A program made the position numbers and the translations under genes. DNA of 64,000 nucleotides, taken from contig DASCPX010000190.1 in NCBI GenBank assembly GCA_036012755.1, positions 32,001-96,000 of the forward strand, read 5' to 3'. Positions 9,569 through 19,148 of the stretch are shown here, piece after piece. Position 1 is the first letter of the stretch. The number at the start of each line of letters is the position of its first letter. This DNA comes from Myxococcota bacterium (GTDB taxonomy: Bacteria; Myxococcota_A; UBA796; CAJQPC01). The notes under the pieces were generated by a model. That model saw nothing but the letters and a program-made list of their open reading frames with translations, did not search any database and had not been told where the DNA came from.

Positions 9569-10626
9569 GCGGGCCTGCGTAGGTGCAACAGGGCGCCGTC
9601 GTCAGCCTCGACGTGCACGGCGAAGGCCAGACCGCGTTCCCGAAGGTGGGGAATGAGCACGACCGGCATGCGAGGCACCCGCGCGAGCAGCGCCTCACCC
9701 GGCGCGAGCCCAGCCGACAGCTCGAGGACCCGCTCCATCGGCTCGGGCGCCTCGAGGTCCCGGAGGTCCAGGATCTCGGGCGCTTCCGGCCCGCGGATCT
9801 CCACCTCCCACCGTCTCCCCTGGCCCTCGCAGCGCAGCTGGTAGCCACGGCCGCCCAGCAGCACCAACAAGGGCCTGGGCTCGAAGGGGGCGGTGAGCCG
9901 CAGGAGCCCGTCCGGATCGAGCGTCCCGAGCGCTCGAAGGATGGCCTCCAGCGGGTCCCTGCCCGCGGCCAGGATGGGCCGAACGTCCAGGGCCACCAGC
10001 GGCCGCTTCGGGTCCGAGCCCCCCCGCCCAGAGTCAGCGCCCTCGGGCTGCCCGGCTCGAACCCCGGCGAGCCAGAGCGCGATCGCCGGGTCCAGGTCCG
10101 GAGGCTCGGAGCGGCCCCCCATCTGCCACTGCAGCAGGCTGCCCTGTACCAGCGCCACGAAGGCCCGGCCCGCCGCTCGGGGATCGACGGTCGGGGGCAC
10201 GTCGCCAGCCGCCTGTGCCTCTCGCACGAGCTCACCGACGAGCGCGAGTTGGCTGGCGACCATGGCTGAGACGCCGGCGTGGTAGCGCTCATCGGGGCGG
10301 TGCATTGCGTAGAGAAGCAGGCGGAGCAGGCCCGGCGTGTCCTCGACCTGCCGGCAGAGGGCCTGGGCGAGGACGAGCACCCGCTCCAGCCCGCAGCCCT
10401 CGAGGAGCTCCGCGGCGGAGGTGGCCAGGGCTGTGCGGAGGTGCTCGACGACCGCCAGGAGGATGGCGTCCCTGCTCCGGAAGTGGCGGAAGAGACCGGG
10501 CTGCGAGATGCCCACCCGCTTCGCGATCAGCCGGGTCGTGAGCTCCTCGACGGGGACGTCCGCCAGGAGCTCCAGGGCTGCGAGGACGATCTGCTCTCGC
10601 CGCTCTGCGTGGGGAAGACGGGCCAG
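9565..10626 (-). CDS. TetR-family regulator fused to two C-terminal DUF2249 domains; probable CTG start
   Basis: Frame extends upstream to CTG GCC CGT.. (MARLPHAERREQIVLAALELL..TTRLIAKRVGISQPGLFRHF), with AGAGGAG SD and in-frame stops just before; LDVR..PFEPRPL and LDLRDLEAPEPMERVL repeats. Confidence 0.85.
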   Translation of the reverse strand: MARLPHAERREQIVLAALELLADVPVEELTTRLIAKRVGISQPGLFRHFRSRDAILLAVVEHLRTALATSAAELLEGCGLERVLVLAQALCRQVEDTPGLLRLLLYAMHRPDERYHAGVSAMVASQLALVGELVREAQAAGDVPPTVDPRAAGRAFVALVQGSLLQWQMGGRSEPPDLDPAIALWLAGVRAGQPEGADSGRGGSDPKRPLVALDVRPILAAGRDPLEAILRALGTLDPDGLLRLTAPFEPRPLLVLLGGRGYQLRCEGQGRRWEVEIRGPEAPEILDLRDLEAPEPMERVLELSAGLAPGEALLARVPRMPVVLIPHLRERGLAFAVHVEADDGALLHLRRPA

Positions 10627-10639
10627 GTCGCGCTCCTCT

Positions 10640-10657
10640 TGTTATCAGTTGATAACA
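10640..10657. promoter_or_regulatory. Perfect palindromic operator TGTTATCA-GT-TGATAACA
   Basis: AT-rich 8-2-8 inverted repeat in the 51-bp gap between divergent tetR-DUF2249 and hemerythrin genes; overlaps a -10-like TAACAT. Confidence 0.8.
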
Positions 10658-10677
10658 TCCTTCGACGCGGAGATCCC

Positions 10678-11109
10678 ATGGCTGATCTGTTCGACTACTT
10701 CAAGCGGGACCACGAGCGCTGCGACGCGCTCTGGGTGGCGGTCGAGTCGGCAGAGGACGCAGACGTGGCCAGCACCTTCGAGGCCTTCAGCGGGACGATG
10801 CTCCGGCACCTCGCCATGGAGGAGGAGGTGATGTTCCCGGCCTTCGAGCAGGCCACGGGCATGGTGGGGGGGGGACCGACAGCGGTGATGCGCATGGAGC
10901 ACGAGCAGATGCGCGGCCTGCTCGGGGGCATGAAGGAGGCGGCCGCCCAGGGGGACACCGAAGCGGTGCTGAACCTCGGCGACACGCTGCTGATGCTCAT
11001 CCAGCAGCACAACATGAAGGAGGAGCAGATCCTCTACCCGATGGCTGACCGGGTCCTGAGCGGTCACTGGCCGGCGCTGGCCGCGGAGCTGGAGGGCTTC
11101 GGTCGGTGA
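10678..11109 (+). CDS. Hemerythrin-like (HHE) domain protein
   Basis: DHERCD, HLAMEEEVMFP, GPTAVMRMEHEQMR, QHNMKEEQILYP. Confidence 0.92.
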   Translation: MADLFDYFKRDHERCDALWVAVESAEDADVASTFEAFSGTMLRHLAMEEEVMFPAFEQATGMVGGGPTAVMRMEHEQMRGLLGGMKEAAAQGDTEAVLNLGDTLLMLIQQHNMKEEQILYPMADRVLSGHWPALAAELEGFGR

Positions 11110-11151
11110 CATCTGTGGGCGCGGTCGCTCCTGTCTGCAAAAGGAGCACCG

Positions 11152-11763
11152 ATGTCTACCCTCATGGCCCTCGCCCCCCTCGTCCTGCCCTACCACCGAG
11201 TCACCCCCGTCCCAGATGCGGCGGCGGAGGTGTTGCTGGCGGCGGACCCGGGCCCCCACGACTGCATCGTCAGCGTGCTCGTGGACCCCTACGGCAGCAT
11301 CCTGGATGCGGAGCCCATCGACTGCCCTGTGGAGCTGCGGTCCTCTGCGGCAGAGGCCGCCTGGCGCTGGGGCTTCCACCCGCCGATCGTCGAGGACCGG
11401 GCGACCACCGGGCGCATGGACCTGCACTTCGTCTACGCCTCGCAGGTCGGGGTCGTCGAGACCATCTCCCCCGAGGTCGACGTCTTCGTCGCTCCGGTGG
11501 CCATGCCGGGCTGGCCGAGGGAACCCCAGCTCCGCGGGATGCTGCGCGATGAGCTCCTGGCGACGGATCGCTCGGGGGTGCGCTGCACGCTGGAGCTGGA
11601 GGTCGACTCACGCTCCCGACCAGCCGCCATCGAGGTCATCGACTGCCCAGCCGAGGCGGCCCTCGTCGTCACGCGCTCCCTGAAGCGCTACGGCCTCGAC
11701 GTGGTGGGAGCGGAGCCGGGAGACGGCACGCGCTACGGCATGGAGATCTGGCTCACTCCCTGA
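11152..11763 (+). CDS. Exported protein with two TonB C-terminal-like repeats
   Basis: CIVSVLVDPYG..DCP..AAEAAWRWGFHP and CTLELEVDSRSRP..DCP; AAGGAG SD. Confidence 0.55.
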   Translation: MSTLMALAPLVLPYHRVTPVPDAAAEVLLAADPGPHDCIVSVLVDPYGSILDAEPIDCPVELRSSAAEAAWRWGFHPPIVEDRATTGRMDLHFVYASQVGVVETISPEVDVFVAPVAMPGWPREPQLRGMLRDELLATDRSGVRCTLELEVDSRSRPAAIEVIDCPAEAALVVTRSLKRYGLDVVGAEPGDGTRYGMEIWLTP

Positions 11764-11765
11764 GC

Positions 11766-13061
11766 TCAGTCCGCGGGTACGGCCAGCACGACGTTCAGGT
11801 TGGCGGTGCTGGTCGTGCCCGTCGGGAGCTTGCCGTCCTGGTGGGTGCCACCGCTGGAGACGTGCTCCTCCGACTCGTTGACGACGCCGTCGCCGTCCTC
11901 GTCGGCGTAGGCCCACAGGTACGCGATGCTGTTCCCTGGCACCCGCAGGCTGTAGCTCACCGAGGACTGACCGCTGAGATCCGCCCAGGAGAAGGTCTGC
12001 ACGTCGTAGGAGTTGTCCTCCAGGGTAGAGATCGCCACGTCACCGCTGGGCCGGTACTTCAGGGCCATGACGTAGACCTCGGAGCCGGTGGGGAGGTCGT
12101 CGAAGACACCGTCGTAGACGCTCACCTCGCCACTCCAGCTGACGAAGGGCACGATGTTGATGCCGGACTCGTCGCCCAGCGGGACCTGGATGTCCATGCC
12201 CGTGAGATCCGCATCACCGACGGTGATGGGGTTGCCGTCCACGTCAGGCTCGGAGACGTAGGCCCCCCACCTGTCGAGGGGGTCGGCCATCTCGTTGCCG
12301 TTGCTGTCCCACGCGGCGATGAGCGCCATCGGGCCCCAGTCCACGCAGCTGGACAGCGTGTAAGCCGCCTCTGCGCCCCCGCCGGTGGAGACGGGATCGA
12401 TCCAGACCTCGTGGTAGGGGCCCAGCCCTTCCTGGTCGCGCAGCATCGCCATCGCCTCGCCCCCGGCGTAGCTGGCGGTGATGATCACGTCCCCCGAGAT
12501 GGTCATGACGTCGCCGGGGCAGCCCCCGGGCGTGTAGCACTCCGGTACGAAGATCGTGATGTCGGCGCCCTCGTGCTCGCCGTCCGCTACGACCTCGATG
12601 GTCTGAGGGTATGCCCCCACGTAGTCGTCGGTCCCGATGACCCGGTCTCCCCAGTAGTCCACGACCGCGTAGACCTGCACCGGCCCCGCGTGCTCCATGG
12701 AGAGCGCGAGGGAGAAGTCGTTCTCGCCGGTGGTGGGCTCGCGGATGACCTGCTCGGCCAGGTGGTGCTTGCCATCAGGGCTCTCGTCCTCTTCGTAGGC
12801 GGTGACGAAGATCCAGCCGAAGGGGTACTCGTCCCCGCAGGTCGAGTCCGCCCACTCCACGCTCTCCCTGGTGCCGTCGGCGCCCGTGCGGGTGACCACC
12901 ACCGACACCGTTCCCTCCACGGTGGCTTCGATGGGACCCGACTCGGAGTCGTCGCCGCCCTGCTCGGAGTCGGGCTCGGAGTCCGGGCTCGCCTCGCTGT
13001 CGTCAGCGGGTGGGGTCCAGCCGCAGCCAACGACCAACAAGGACAACAAGAAACCGGGCAT
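11766..13061 (-). CDS. Acidic lipoprotein with three internal beta-rich repeats
   Basis: LLVVGC lipobox; repeats AVVDYWGD / AAWDSNGN / AYADEDGD; TATACT -10 and GGAGG SD upstream. Confidence 0.75.
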   Translation of the reverse strand: MPGFLLSLLVVGCGWTPPADDSEASPDSEPDSEQGGDDSESGPIEATVEGTVSVVVTRTGADGTRESVEWADSTCGDEYPFGWIFVTAYEEDESPDGKHHLAEQVIREPTTGENDFSLALSMEHAGPVQVYAVVDYWGDRVIGTDDYVGAYPQTIEVVADGEHEGADITIFVPECYTPGGCPGDVMTISGDVIITASYAGGEAMAMLRDQEGLGPYHEVWIDPVSTGGGAEAAYTLSSCVDWGPMALIAAWDSNGNEMADPLDRWGAYVSEPDVDGNPITVGDADLTGMDIQVPLGDESGINIVPFVSWSGEVSVYDGVFDDLPTGSEVYVMALKYRPSGDVAISTLEDNSYDVQTFSWADLSGQSSVSYSLRVPGNSIAYLWAYADEDGDGVVNESEEHVSSGGTHQDGKLPTGTTSTANLNVVLAVPAD

Positions 13062-13127
13062 GCTCCCTCCAAGGAAGAGAGCAGTATAGCGCCTGAGAGG
13101 CGCATTCTGCGGGCGTTGTCACCCCCT

Positions 13128-16100
13128 TCAGTCCACAACCACCCTGTCGGTCCCGCTGCGGCCGAAGGTCTCCGGGTGGTACATCTCCTCCGCCTTCGCG
13201 GGAGGCACGACGAACTCGCCCGGCGTGGTGGCGACGGCCACGTAGCTGTAGTCGTAGACCCCGGCGTACAAGAGCGTCGTGAAGGCCTCGGCCCGCTCGT
13301 CCCGAAGGTTCTGGTGCTGGTACCAGGTGCCCCACCACCACCAGTTGCCGCTCTCGGCGCTGGGGTCCTCTGGCAGCGTGCCGGTCACGGCCAGCTCCGG
13401 GTTCTGAGCCTCGAGGCCTGCAGGGAGCGGATCCACCAAGGCCACGTAGGTCCGTCGGCCCTCGCTGACCATGCTCACCCGGACCCTCACACGCGCACCA
13501 GCGGCGATGTGCCAGACACCGTCGTCGTCCAGGGTCACGTCACCCTCGTCGTCGATGGGCTCGTACACCCGGGTCACGACGAAGCCACGGTCAGCGGGCT
13601 CGAGGTCGAGGTCCTTTGGCGCGTAGCGCATGCCGATGCGGTAGTAGAGCCGCCCCTCGCCGTCCTTCTGCAGGACGAGGTCGTCGTCGCGGAGCTCGGA
13701 CATGGGGATGTCGATCCGCGCTCGATCGGGGCTGTAGCCCTCGAACTGGCGTGATCCGGCGTAGTCCTCGCCCAGCCAGGCCCGAGCCACGAAGTCCGGC
13801 TCGGTGGACTCGTAGGTGCGGAAGTAGCGGTTCATCGCCAAGAGCACGAAGGAGTTCTCCTGCGTGGTGGACCAGCGCCCGGCTACGCGGTGCCCGAGCA
13901 GGCTGCGAACCACCTTCGGCACCAGATCGTGCTCGGGTCGCACCTCGATGAGGGACTCCAGCACCACCGCGTCGGTGCGGCGGCTGGAGTGCAGGAGCAC
14001 GTAGTCGTTGGTGTCGCCGTAGGAGGTGACGAAGTGGGCCGCCCCAGCGGTCTCGGAGACCTTGTTCTCCAGGTTGCGGATGATGAGCGCGACGGACTCG
14101 GTCTGGCCCTTGGCCTCTAGCGTCGGGAGGATCCAGGCCTGGGCCTCCAGGCTGAGCTCGGACAGCGGGACCTTCGCCAGCTTCCTGGCGCGGCCTGCGT
14201 CGTCGTCGCCATCGAGGTGCCGGACATAGACGCTGTAGGCGATGATGTTCCGCCTGGCGCGCTCGCTGTAGTAGTGCGGGATGTGGCTCTCGATCTTGCG
14301 GAGGTAGCCCATCGCCGCATCGAGGGTGCTGTCGCTGACCGGGTACCCGGCCTCCTTCGCCCTCACCAGGCTGTGGGTGACGTGCACGGTCAGGTAGGGC
14401 TCGTCTGACATGTCGGACCAGAAGGACCAGCCGCCGTTGCCCTTCTGACGCTTCTCCAGACGCTGGAGGTCCCGGCTCACGGCCGACTCCAGCTCCGCCT
14501 GCGAGGGCAGCTCTTCTGCCTCGAAGGCCTCGAGGACATCGCGCAGGGCTGCCACCGCCATGACCCTCGAGCCGATCTGCTCGCTGCAGTCGTAGGGGTA
14601 GTTGGCCAGGTAGATCACAGCGTCGGTGAGCGCCGACAGAGCGGTGCTCGAGGTCGTGATCTCCAGCCCGCCGAACTGCTCCCAGACGTCATCCGGACGT
14701 GCCACCGGCTGAAGGATGGCCCCCTCGTCGATCTCGCCGTAGGTGGCGAAGGCCTCGCTGGTCGCTGGGGTCCAGACCGGGAGGGTGAAGCGCGCGGCGT
14801 CGCTCATCCCACCGCTCTGTGCGACCACCTGGAAGCGAGCGGTGCCCGCGGCGTCTGCGTCGAGGGGAAGGCGGACCTCGCGACGGTCGTTTGCAGGCAC
14901 CGTGAAGCGGCGTCCGCGGTTGTCGGCCGAGATCACGATGTTCGTGGTCTCCACGGCGAGCTCCACCACCATGTCCTCGTCCGTCTGGTTCTGGACGACC
15001 AGCGGCAGCTCGACGTGGTCGCCGAAGTTGAGGAAGCGCGGGGGCGAGGGCCGCAGCATCAGCGGCTTGCGTGCCACGACAGTGGCCTCTCCGTGGCCGA
15101 AGGAGATGTCGTCGGCAGCCACCGCCATGATGCGGTAGCGGGTGAGGCTGTCGGGCAGCTCCAGGGTGAGGGTGGCCGTTCCGTCGGCTTCGGTCTGCTC
15201 CCGCGGGGCGAACAGCGCGATCGCGCTGAAGTCCTCTCGCACGGTGATGGGCGAGGCCTGGCTGTGGCCCGAGGCCTTGTCCTTGCTTCGCGACTTCTTC
15301 TCGGGCTTGGCCGCCGACATGGGTTCCATCGGTGGCGAGGCGATCTTCGAGCTCGTCCTGATCTCCTCCTCCTCCATGGCGTACCCGATCCCATCGAGCA
15401 TGTCGAAGTCGTCGCTCTCTCCGGCGCTCCCGGTCGGTTGGGCGACCACGGCGTTCGGATCACCCAACACGACCAGTCCGCGGAGGTGGGTCTCGGCCAC
15501 TCCCGCCGCGCGGCTCATGTAGAAGATCTCGAGGGGATCGGGCAGCTGGTAGGCGCTCAGCGCGAGCACTGCCTCGTCCACGGCGATCAGGGCGACCTCG
15601 GCGCCTTCAACGGGCTTGCCTTCGCTGTCGTTGACCTGGACGGTCACGGTGGTCGACCCCCCTGGGCCGAGGTGGGTCTCGGCGGGGACCGGCTCGACGG
15701 ACAGAGCGCGGGAAAGCGGCGGCACCTTCAAGTCCAGCATGCCGCTGGCATAGGCGACCCGGTTCGACCGGTCGGGCATGGGGTTGCCCTCGTCGTCGGT
15801 TCGTTCCCGCGAGCCGACGAGGTCGACCTCGACCACGATGTTCGGCACAGAGGCCTCTGTGATCGGGACCTCCAGCACCTTCGAGGCAGAGTCCATGGAG
15901 AAGGCCCGGGTCTCGACCAGGCCATCCCGCCGCAGGGTCAACAGCCCATGTGCGGGGGCGAAGGGCGAGAGCACGAGGACCTCGGCCACGTCGCCAGGGG
16001 CGTAGATCTCGGCGTTCGGGACCAGGGTCACCTCTTCCATGGCGACGGACCGGTCGGGGGCCTGCTCACCACCGGTGATCCACACGGTGAAGCTGGTTGT

Positions 16101-19073
16101 GTTCGGCCTCCCCTCCTCGTCCACGACCGTCGCGCTGATGCGGTGGTTTCCACCCTGCTCCGGCTCGAAGACGCAGGTGTCCGCCTTGTCCTTCAGCTCG
16201 AGGGTGCAGTCGACCGGGTCCTCCTCGATCTCGGCCCAGGCTCCGTCGAGATTGCCCCACCTCAGGCGGGACAGCGTCAGGGTCGCCTCGGCGGCGACCG
16301 GCTCACCGTCGATGTCGACGACGATGACCTCTGCCCGGATGGGCTCGTCCTTCTCATAGAAGGGCTTGTCGGGCTTCACTCCGACATAGAGGCTGGAGGG
16401 GTGGACCAGGAAGGTCTCCTGGCGGCTCCAGCGCTGGCGGTTGACGTCCACGACCGTGGCCTGTGCGCTGACGGTCATCGGACGAGCCGGGTTCACCGCG
16501 AGGAAGTCGATCTGCAGGTAGTGGTTGCCCGCGGCGTCCGTGCTCCCCTCGAGGGACTCCACGCTGGACTGCCCCCAGCTCCCGCCCCAGTGGTACCAGC
16601 TCCACCAGGGAGTCCAGCTCCCGAAGCGCCAGTCGCTCCAACCCTGGGGCTGGAAGCTGCCCTCGCTGGCAGAGACCGTCCAGGTGACCGGTGCGTCCGG
16701 GAGCGCGCCGCCGGAGTAGTAGGCGGCGTTGACCGAGACCACGGCGCTCTCGCCCAGCACGTAGCTCTGGGGGTCCAGGCTGGTCGTGACCTCGAACTCG
16801 GGGCGGCGGAACTCCTGCACCTGGAAGGAGTGGTAGTGACTGCCTCGGCTGGAGTTCAGCTCCAGGCTCGCGTAGCCCAGCGCGGGGGTGTCGGGCAGCT
16901 CCAGCTCGAGGTCGAAGCCACCGTGCTCGCTGAGGTCGGTCTTGCCCTTGCTCATCTCGTTGCCGTAGGCATCCCGCGCGACCCAGGTCACCTCCTCGGG
17001 TGCTCCTGCGAAGGACTGCAAGGCGCTGCCAGGCTCGATGACGAAGGGGCGCACCCAGCCCTTGACGTAGACGGTCTCGCCGGGCCGATACATCTTGCGG
17101 TCGTCGATGACGTACCAGACCAGGCTGTCGATCGGTCCGCTGTGGGTCCAGCCGCCGTACTCGTTCCACCAGTGGGGGTACTCGGGCAACAGGGCCACGT
17201 CGTCGCCGAGCTCGGCGACCAGGGCGTGGGGGCCAGTCGAGCTGTCGTAGCCCTTCAGCACCGCCACTCCGTCGGCGTCGGTCTCGCCGCTGGAGTCGCC
17301 GCCGAGGAGGCTCAGCTTCACACCGGCGAGGGGCTCGCCGCTGCCGAGGTCCGTGGCCCAGCCCATCACAGACGGCTGGTCGGCGAAGGCGGTCAGGCCG
17401 ATGTCGGTCGCCTGGACCCATGCCATGACCCGAGTGGGGTACTCCTCGCGCACGGTCGGCTCGACCCACACGAAGAGGTGGCCCTTGCCGCCCTCGAGGT
17501 AGGGGCCCAGGTCGATGGAGGTCTCGACGAGTTCGTTCTCGACGTAGTCCTCTACCTCGACGCTGCCGTCGAAGACCTTCTCCCCCGGGGGCATGCCGCG
17601 GAGGTAGCCGTCGTAGACGACGTCCCGCATCCAGTCGCTCACCGCCTCGTAGTCGGAGACCTCGACCCTGGTGACGCGCACGCGGAGCCTCTCGTAGTTC
17701 GTGCTCCAGACAGAGAACGCGGGCGGCGCCGCGGGGTCCAGCGCGAGCACGGCGGTGTTCGGGCCCTGGAGCTTCGGCCATGCGGGGCCGACCTTGAACT
17801 TGCGGGTCTGCTCCTTGGCCAGCCTCTGGCCGAAGGCGTCCGGGAGCCCCGCCTCGACCGTCACGGTGTAGGTCGTGTCCGAGACCGTCTCACCGTAGAT
17901 GGTCAGGGTGCTCCAGCTGGCCGTGACCTGCATGTGCTCGATGGCGGGCTCGACGCTGACCATGGAAGGGTCCAGCGGCTGATCGAGCTCATTGTTGAAG
18001 TACAGCCAGAAGGGGGAGTCGGGGGAGCAGTGCTTGGGTCCCTCGCTGCAGTCCTGGCTCTCGAGCTTCAGCGGGTCATAGGTGCGGAAGCCGCTGACCT
18101 GGCGCTCGGTGGTGGTGCGCGGCCCCTCCGCCGAGGGGGCCCCCTTGTCCAGGACCCAGCTGTAGTCGGTGGCTGCCTTCAGCGGCGTCATCGGGCGCAG
18201 GAGGAAGGCTCGGCCCTCCTCGAACTGGCGGTTCTCCAGGTAGGGATCTGCTGCGATCTCCTCTTGTCTGGCCTTTCGCAGGGGCACGACGGCGCCGTCA
18301 CCCTCGAGGGTGAGGTGCGAAAGCACGCCGTCGTCCACCCGCTGATCGAAGGCGACCAGGAGGACGGGGGTGAGGCCCACCTGGGAGTACTGCTGGGGGT
18401 ACCACTCGGTGACGCTCACCGGGGGCGTGGAGAAGCTGAAGGAGTCTCCGGTCTCCGGAATGGTGACCTCGTAGTCCGTGGCCATCGGGAAGCGAGGATC
18501 GGGATCGAAGACGATGGTGCGCGTACCCAGCCAGCGCCACTGGCCGTCCGGCTCGGGGCTCAGCGTCACGGGGATGGTCTGGGCGGCTTCGTCCTGGGTG
18601 GTCACGGCCACCATCGGCTGGTTGAAGGTGACGCTCATCGACGGCGCCAGGCCCACGTCACCCTCTGGCGAGGTTCGAACCACCTTCACCGGGCCGGGAT
18701 CGACCTCGACGGCTTCGAGGTCCGTGGGCGGTGGCGGCCAGCCCAACAGCTCGGTGGCGCCCGTGCGCGGAGGAGGGACCGTCTCCTCTCGTCGAGCGAA
18801 GGCGCGCCGATCGCCCTCTGGCTCTTCGAGCCGCTCGGCGCGGGCCAGCAGGGCCTCGACCTCGGCAGCTGTGAGGGCCTCCACCTCTGGTTCGGGGCCG
18901 CTCTCCATGGCTCGCGGAGCCGTCGGGCGTTCCGCCTCGGACAGCCGCATCTCCAGGCCGACGAGATCCTCTGCCGCGGGGTGGAAGTCGATCTGCGGCA
19001 CCGGCTCGGGCGTGACGATCGGGCTGTCGGGCTCGACCCTGTTCTGGCAGGAGAGAGCAACGAGAAGGAGCAT
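13128..19073 (-). CDS. Bacterial alpha-2-macroglobulin lipoprotein with N-terminal Ig-like (Big_5) domains
   Basis: 1981 aa; DRKMYRPGETV, FRRPEFEV, LPDSLTRYRIMAVA, thioester YPYDCSEQ, DPLPAGLE, PAKAEEMYHPE. Confidence 0.93.
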   Translation of the reverse strand: MLLLVALSCQNRVEPDSPIVTPEPVPQIDFHPAAEDLVGLEMRLSEAERPTAPRAMESGPEPEVEALTAAEVEALLARAERLEEPEGDRRAFARREETVPPPRTGATELLGWPPPPTDLEAVEVDPGPVKVVRTSPEGDVGLAPSMSVTFNQPMVAVTTQDEAAQTIPVTLSPEPDGQWRWLGTRTIVFDPDPRFPMATDYEVTIPETGDSFSFSTPPVSVTEWYPQQYSQVGLTPVLLVAFDQRVDDGVLSHLTLEGDGAVVPLRKARQEEIAADPYLENRQFEEGRAFLLRPMTPLKAATDYSWVLDKGAPSAEGPRTTTERQVSGFRTYDPLKLESQDCSEGPKHCSPDSPFWLYFNNELDQPLDPSMVSVEPAIEHMQVTASWSTLTIYGETVSDTTYTVTVEAGLPDAFGQRLAKEQTRKFKVGPAWPKLQGPNTAVLALDPAAPPAFSVWSTNYERLRVRVTRVEVSDYEAVSDWMRDVVYDGYLRGMPPGEKVFDGSVEVEDYVENELVETSIDLGPYLEGGKGHLFVWVEPTVREEYPTRVMAWVQATDIGLTAFADQPSVMGWATDLGSGEPLAGVKLSLLGGDSSGETDADGVAVLKGYDSSTGPHALVAELGDDVALLPEYPHWWNEYGGWTHSGPIDSLVWYVIDDRKMYRPGETVYVKGWVRPFVIEPGSALQSFAGAPEEVTWVARDAYGNEMSKGKTDLSEHGGFDLELELPDTPALGYASLELNSSRGSHYHSFQVQEFRRPEFEVTTSLDPQSYVLGESAVVSVNAAYYSGGALPDAPVTWTVSASEGSFQPQGWSDWRFGSWTPWWSWYHWGGSWGQSSVESLEGSTDAAGNHYLQIDFLAVNPARPMTVSAQATVVDVNRQRWSRQETFLVHPSSLYVGVKPDKPFYEKDEPIRAEVIVVDIDGEPVAAEATLTLSRLRWGNLDGAWAEIEEDPVDCTLELKDKADTCVFEPEQGGNHRISATVVDEEGRPNTTSFTVWITGGEQAPDRSVAMEEVTLVPNAEIYAPGDVAEVLVLSPFAPAHGLLTLRRDGLVETRAFSMDSASKVLEVPITEASVPNIVVEVDLVGSRERTDDEGNPMPDRSNRVAYASGMLDLKVPPLSRALSVEPVPAETHLGPGGSTTVTVQVNDSEGKPVEGAEVALIAVDEAVLALSAYQLPDPLEIFYMSRAAGVAETHLRGLVVLGDPNAVVAQPTGSAGESDDFDMLDGIGYAMEEEEIRTSSKIASPPMEPMSAAKPEKKSRSKDKASGHSQASPITVREDFSAIALFAPREQTEADGTATLTLELPDSLTRYRIMAVAADDISFGHGEATVVARKPLMLRPSPPRFLNFGDHVELPLVVQNQTDEDMVVELAVETTNIVISADNRGRRFTVPANDRREVRLPLDADAAGTARFQVVAQSGGMSDAARFTLPVWTPATSEAFATYGEIDEGAILQPVARPDDVWEQFGGLEITTSSTALSALTDAVIYLANYPYDCSEQIGSRVMAVAALRDVLEAFEAEELPSQAELESAVSRDLQRLEKRQKGNGGWSFWSDMSDEPYLTVHVTHSLVRAKEAGYPVSDSTLDAAMGYLRKIESHIPHYYSERARRNIIAYSVYVRHLDGDDDAGRARKLAKVPLSELSLEAQAWILPTLEAKGQTESVALIIRNLENKVSETAGAAHFVTSYGDTNDYVLLHSSRRTDAVVLESLIEVRPEHDLVPKVVRSLLGHRVAGRWSTTQENSFVLLAMNRYFRTYESTEPDFVARAWLGEDYAGSRQFEGYSPDRARIDIPMSELRDDDLVLQKDGEGRLYYRIGMRYAPKDLDLEPADRGFVVTRVYEPIDDEGDVTLDDDGVWHIAAGARVRVRVSMVSEGRRTYVALVDPLPAGLEAQNPELAVTGTLPEDPSAESGNWWWWGTWYQHQNLRDERAEAFTTLLYAGVYDYSYVAVATTPGEFVVPPAKAEEMYHPETFGRSGTDRVVVD

Positions 19074-19148
19074 GTCGGTGATCCTGGAGACTGGGTGCCA
19101 CGACGCGTCCGCCCCCGTTCGAAACGGGCGGCGAAGGCGGAGCTTACG

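Noticed and set aside
10866..10874. G9 tract in the hemerythrin gene as a phase-variation switch
   Set aside because: In frame, encodes Val-Gly-Gly-Gly before the conserved GP motif; unremarkable at this GC content
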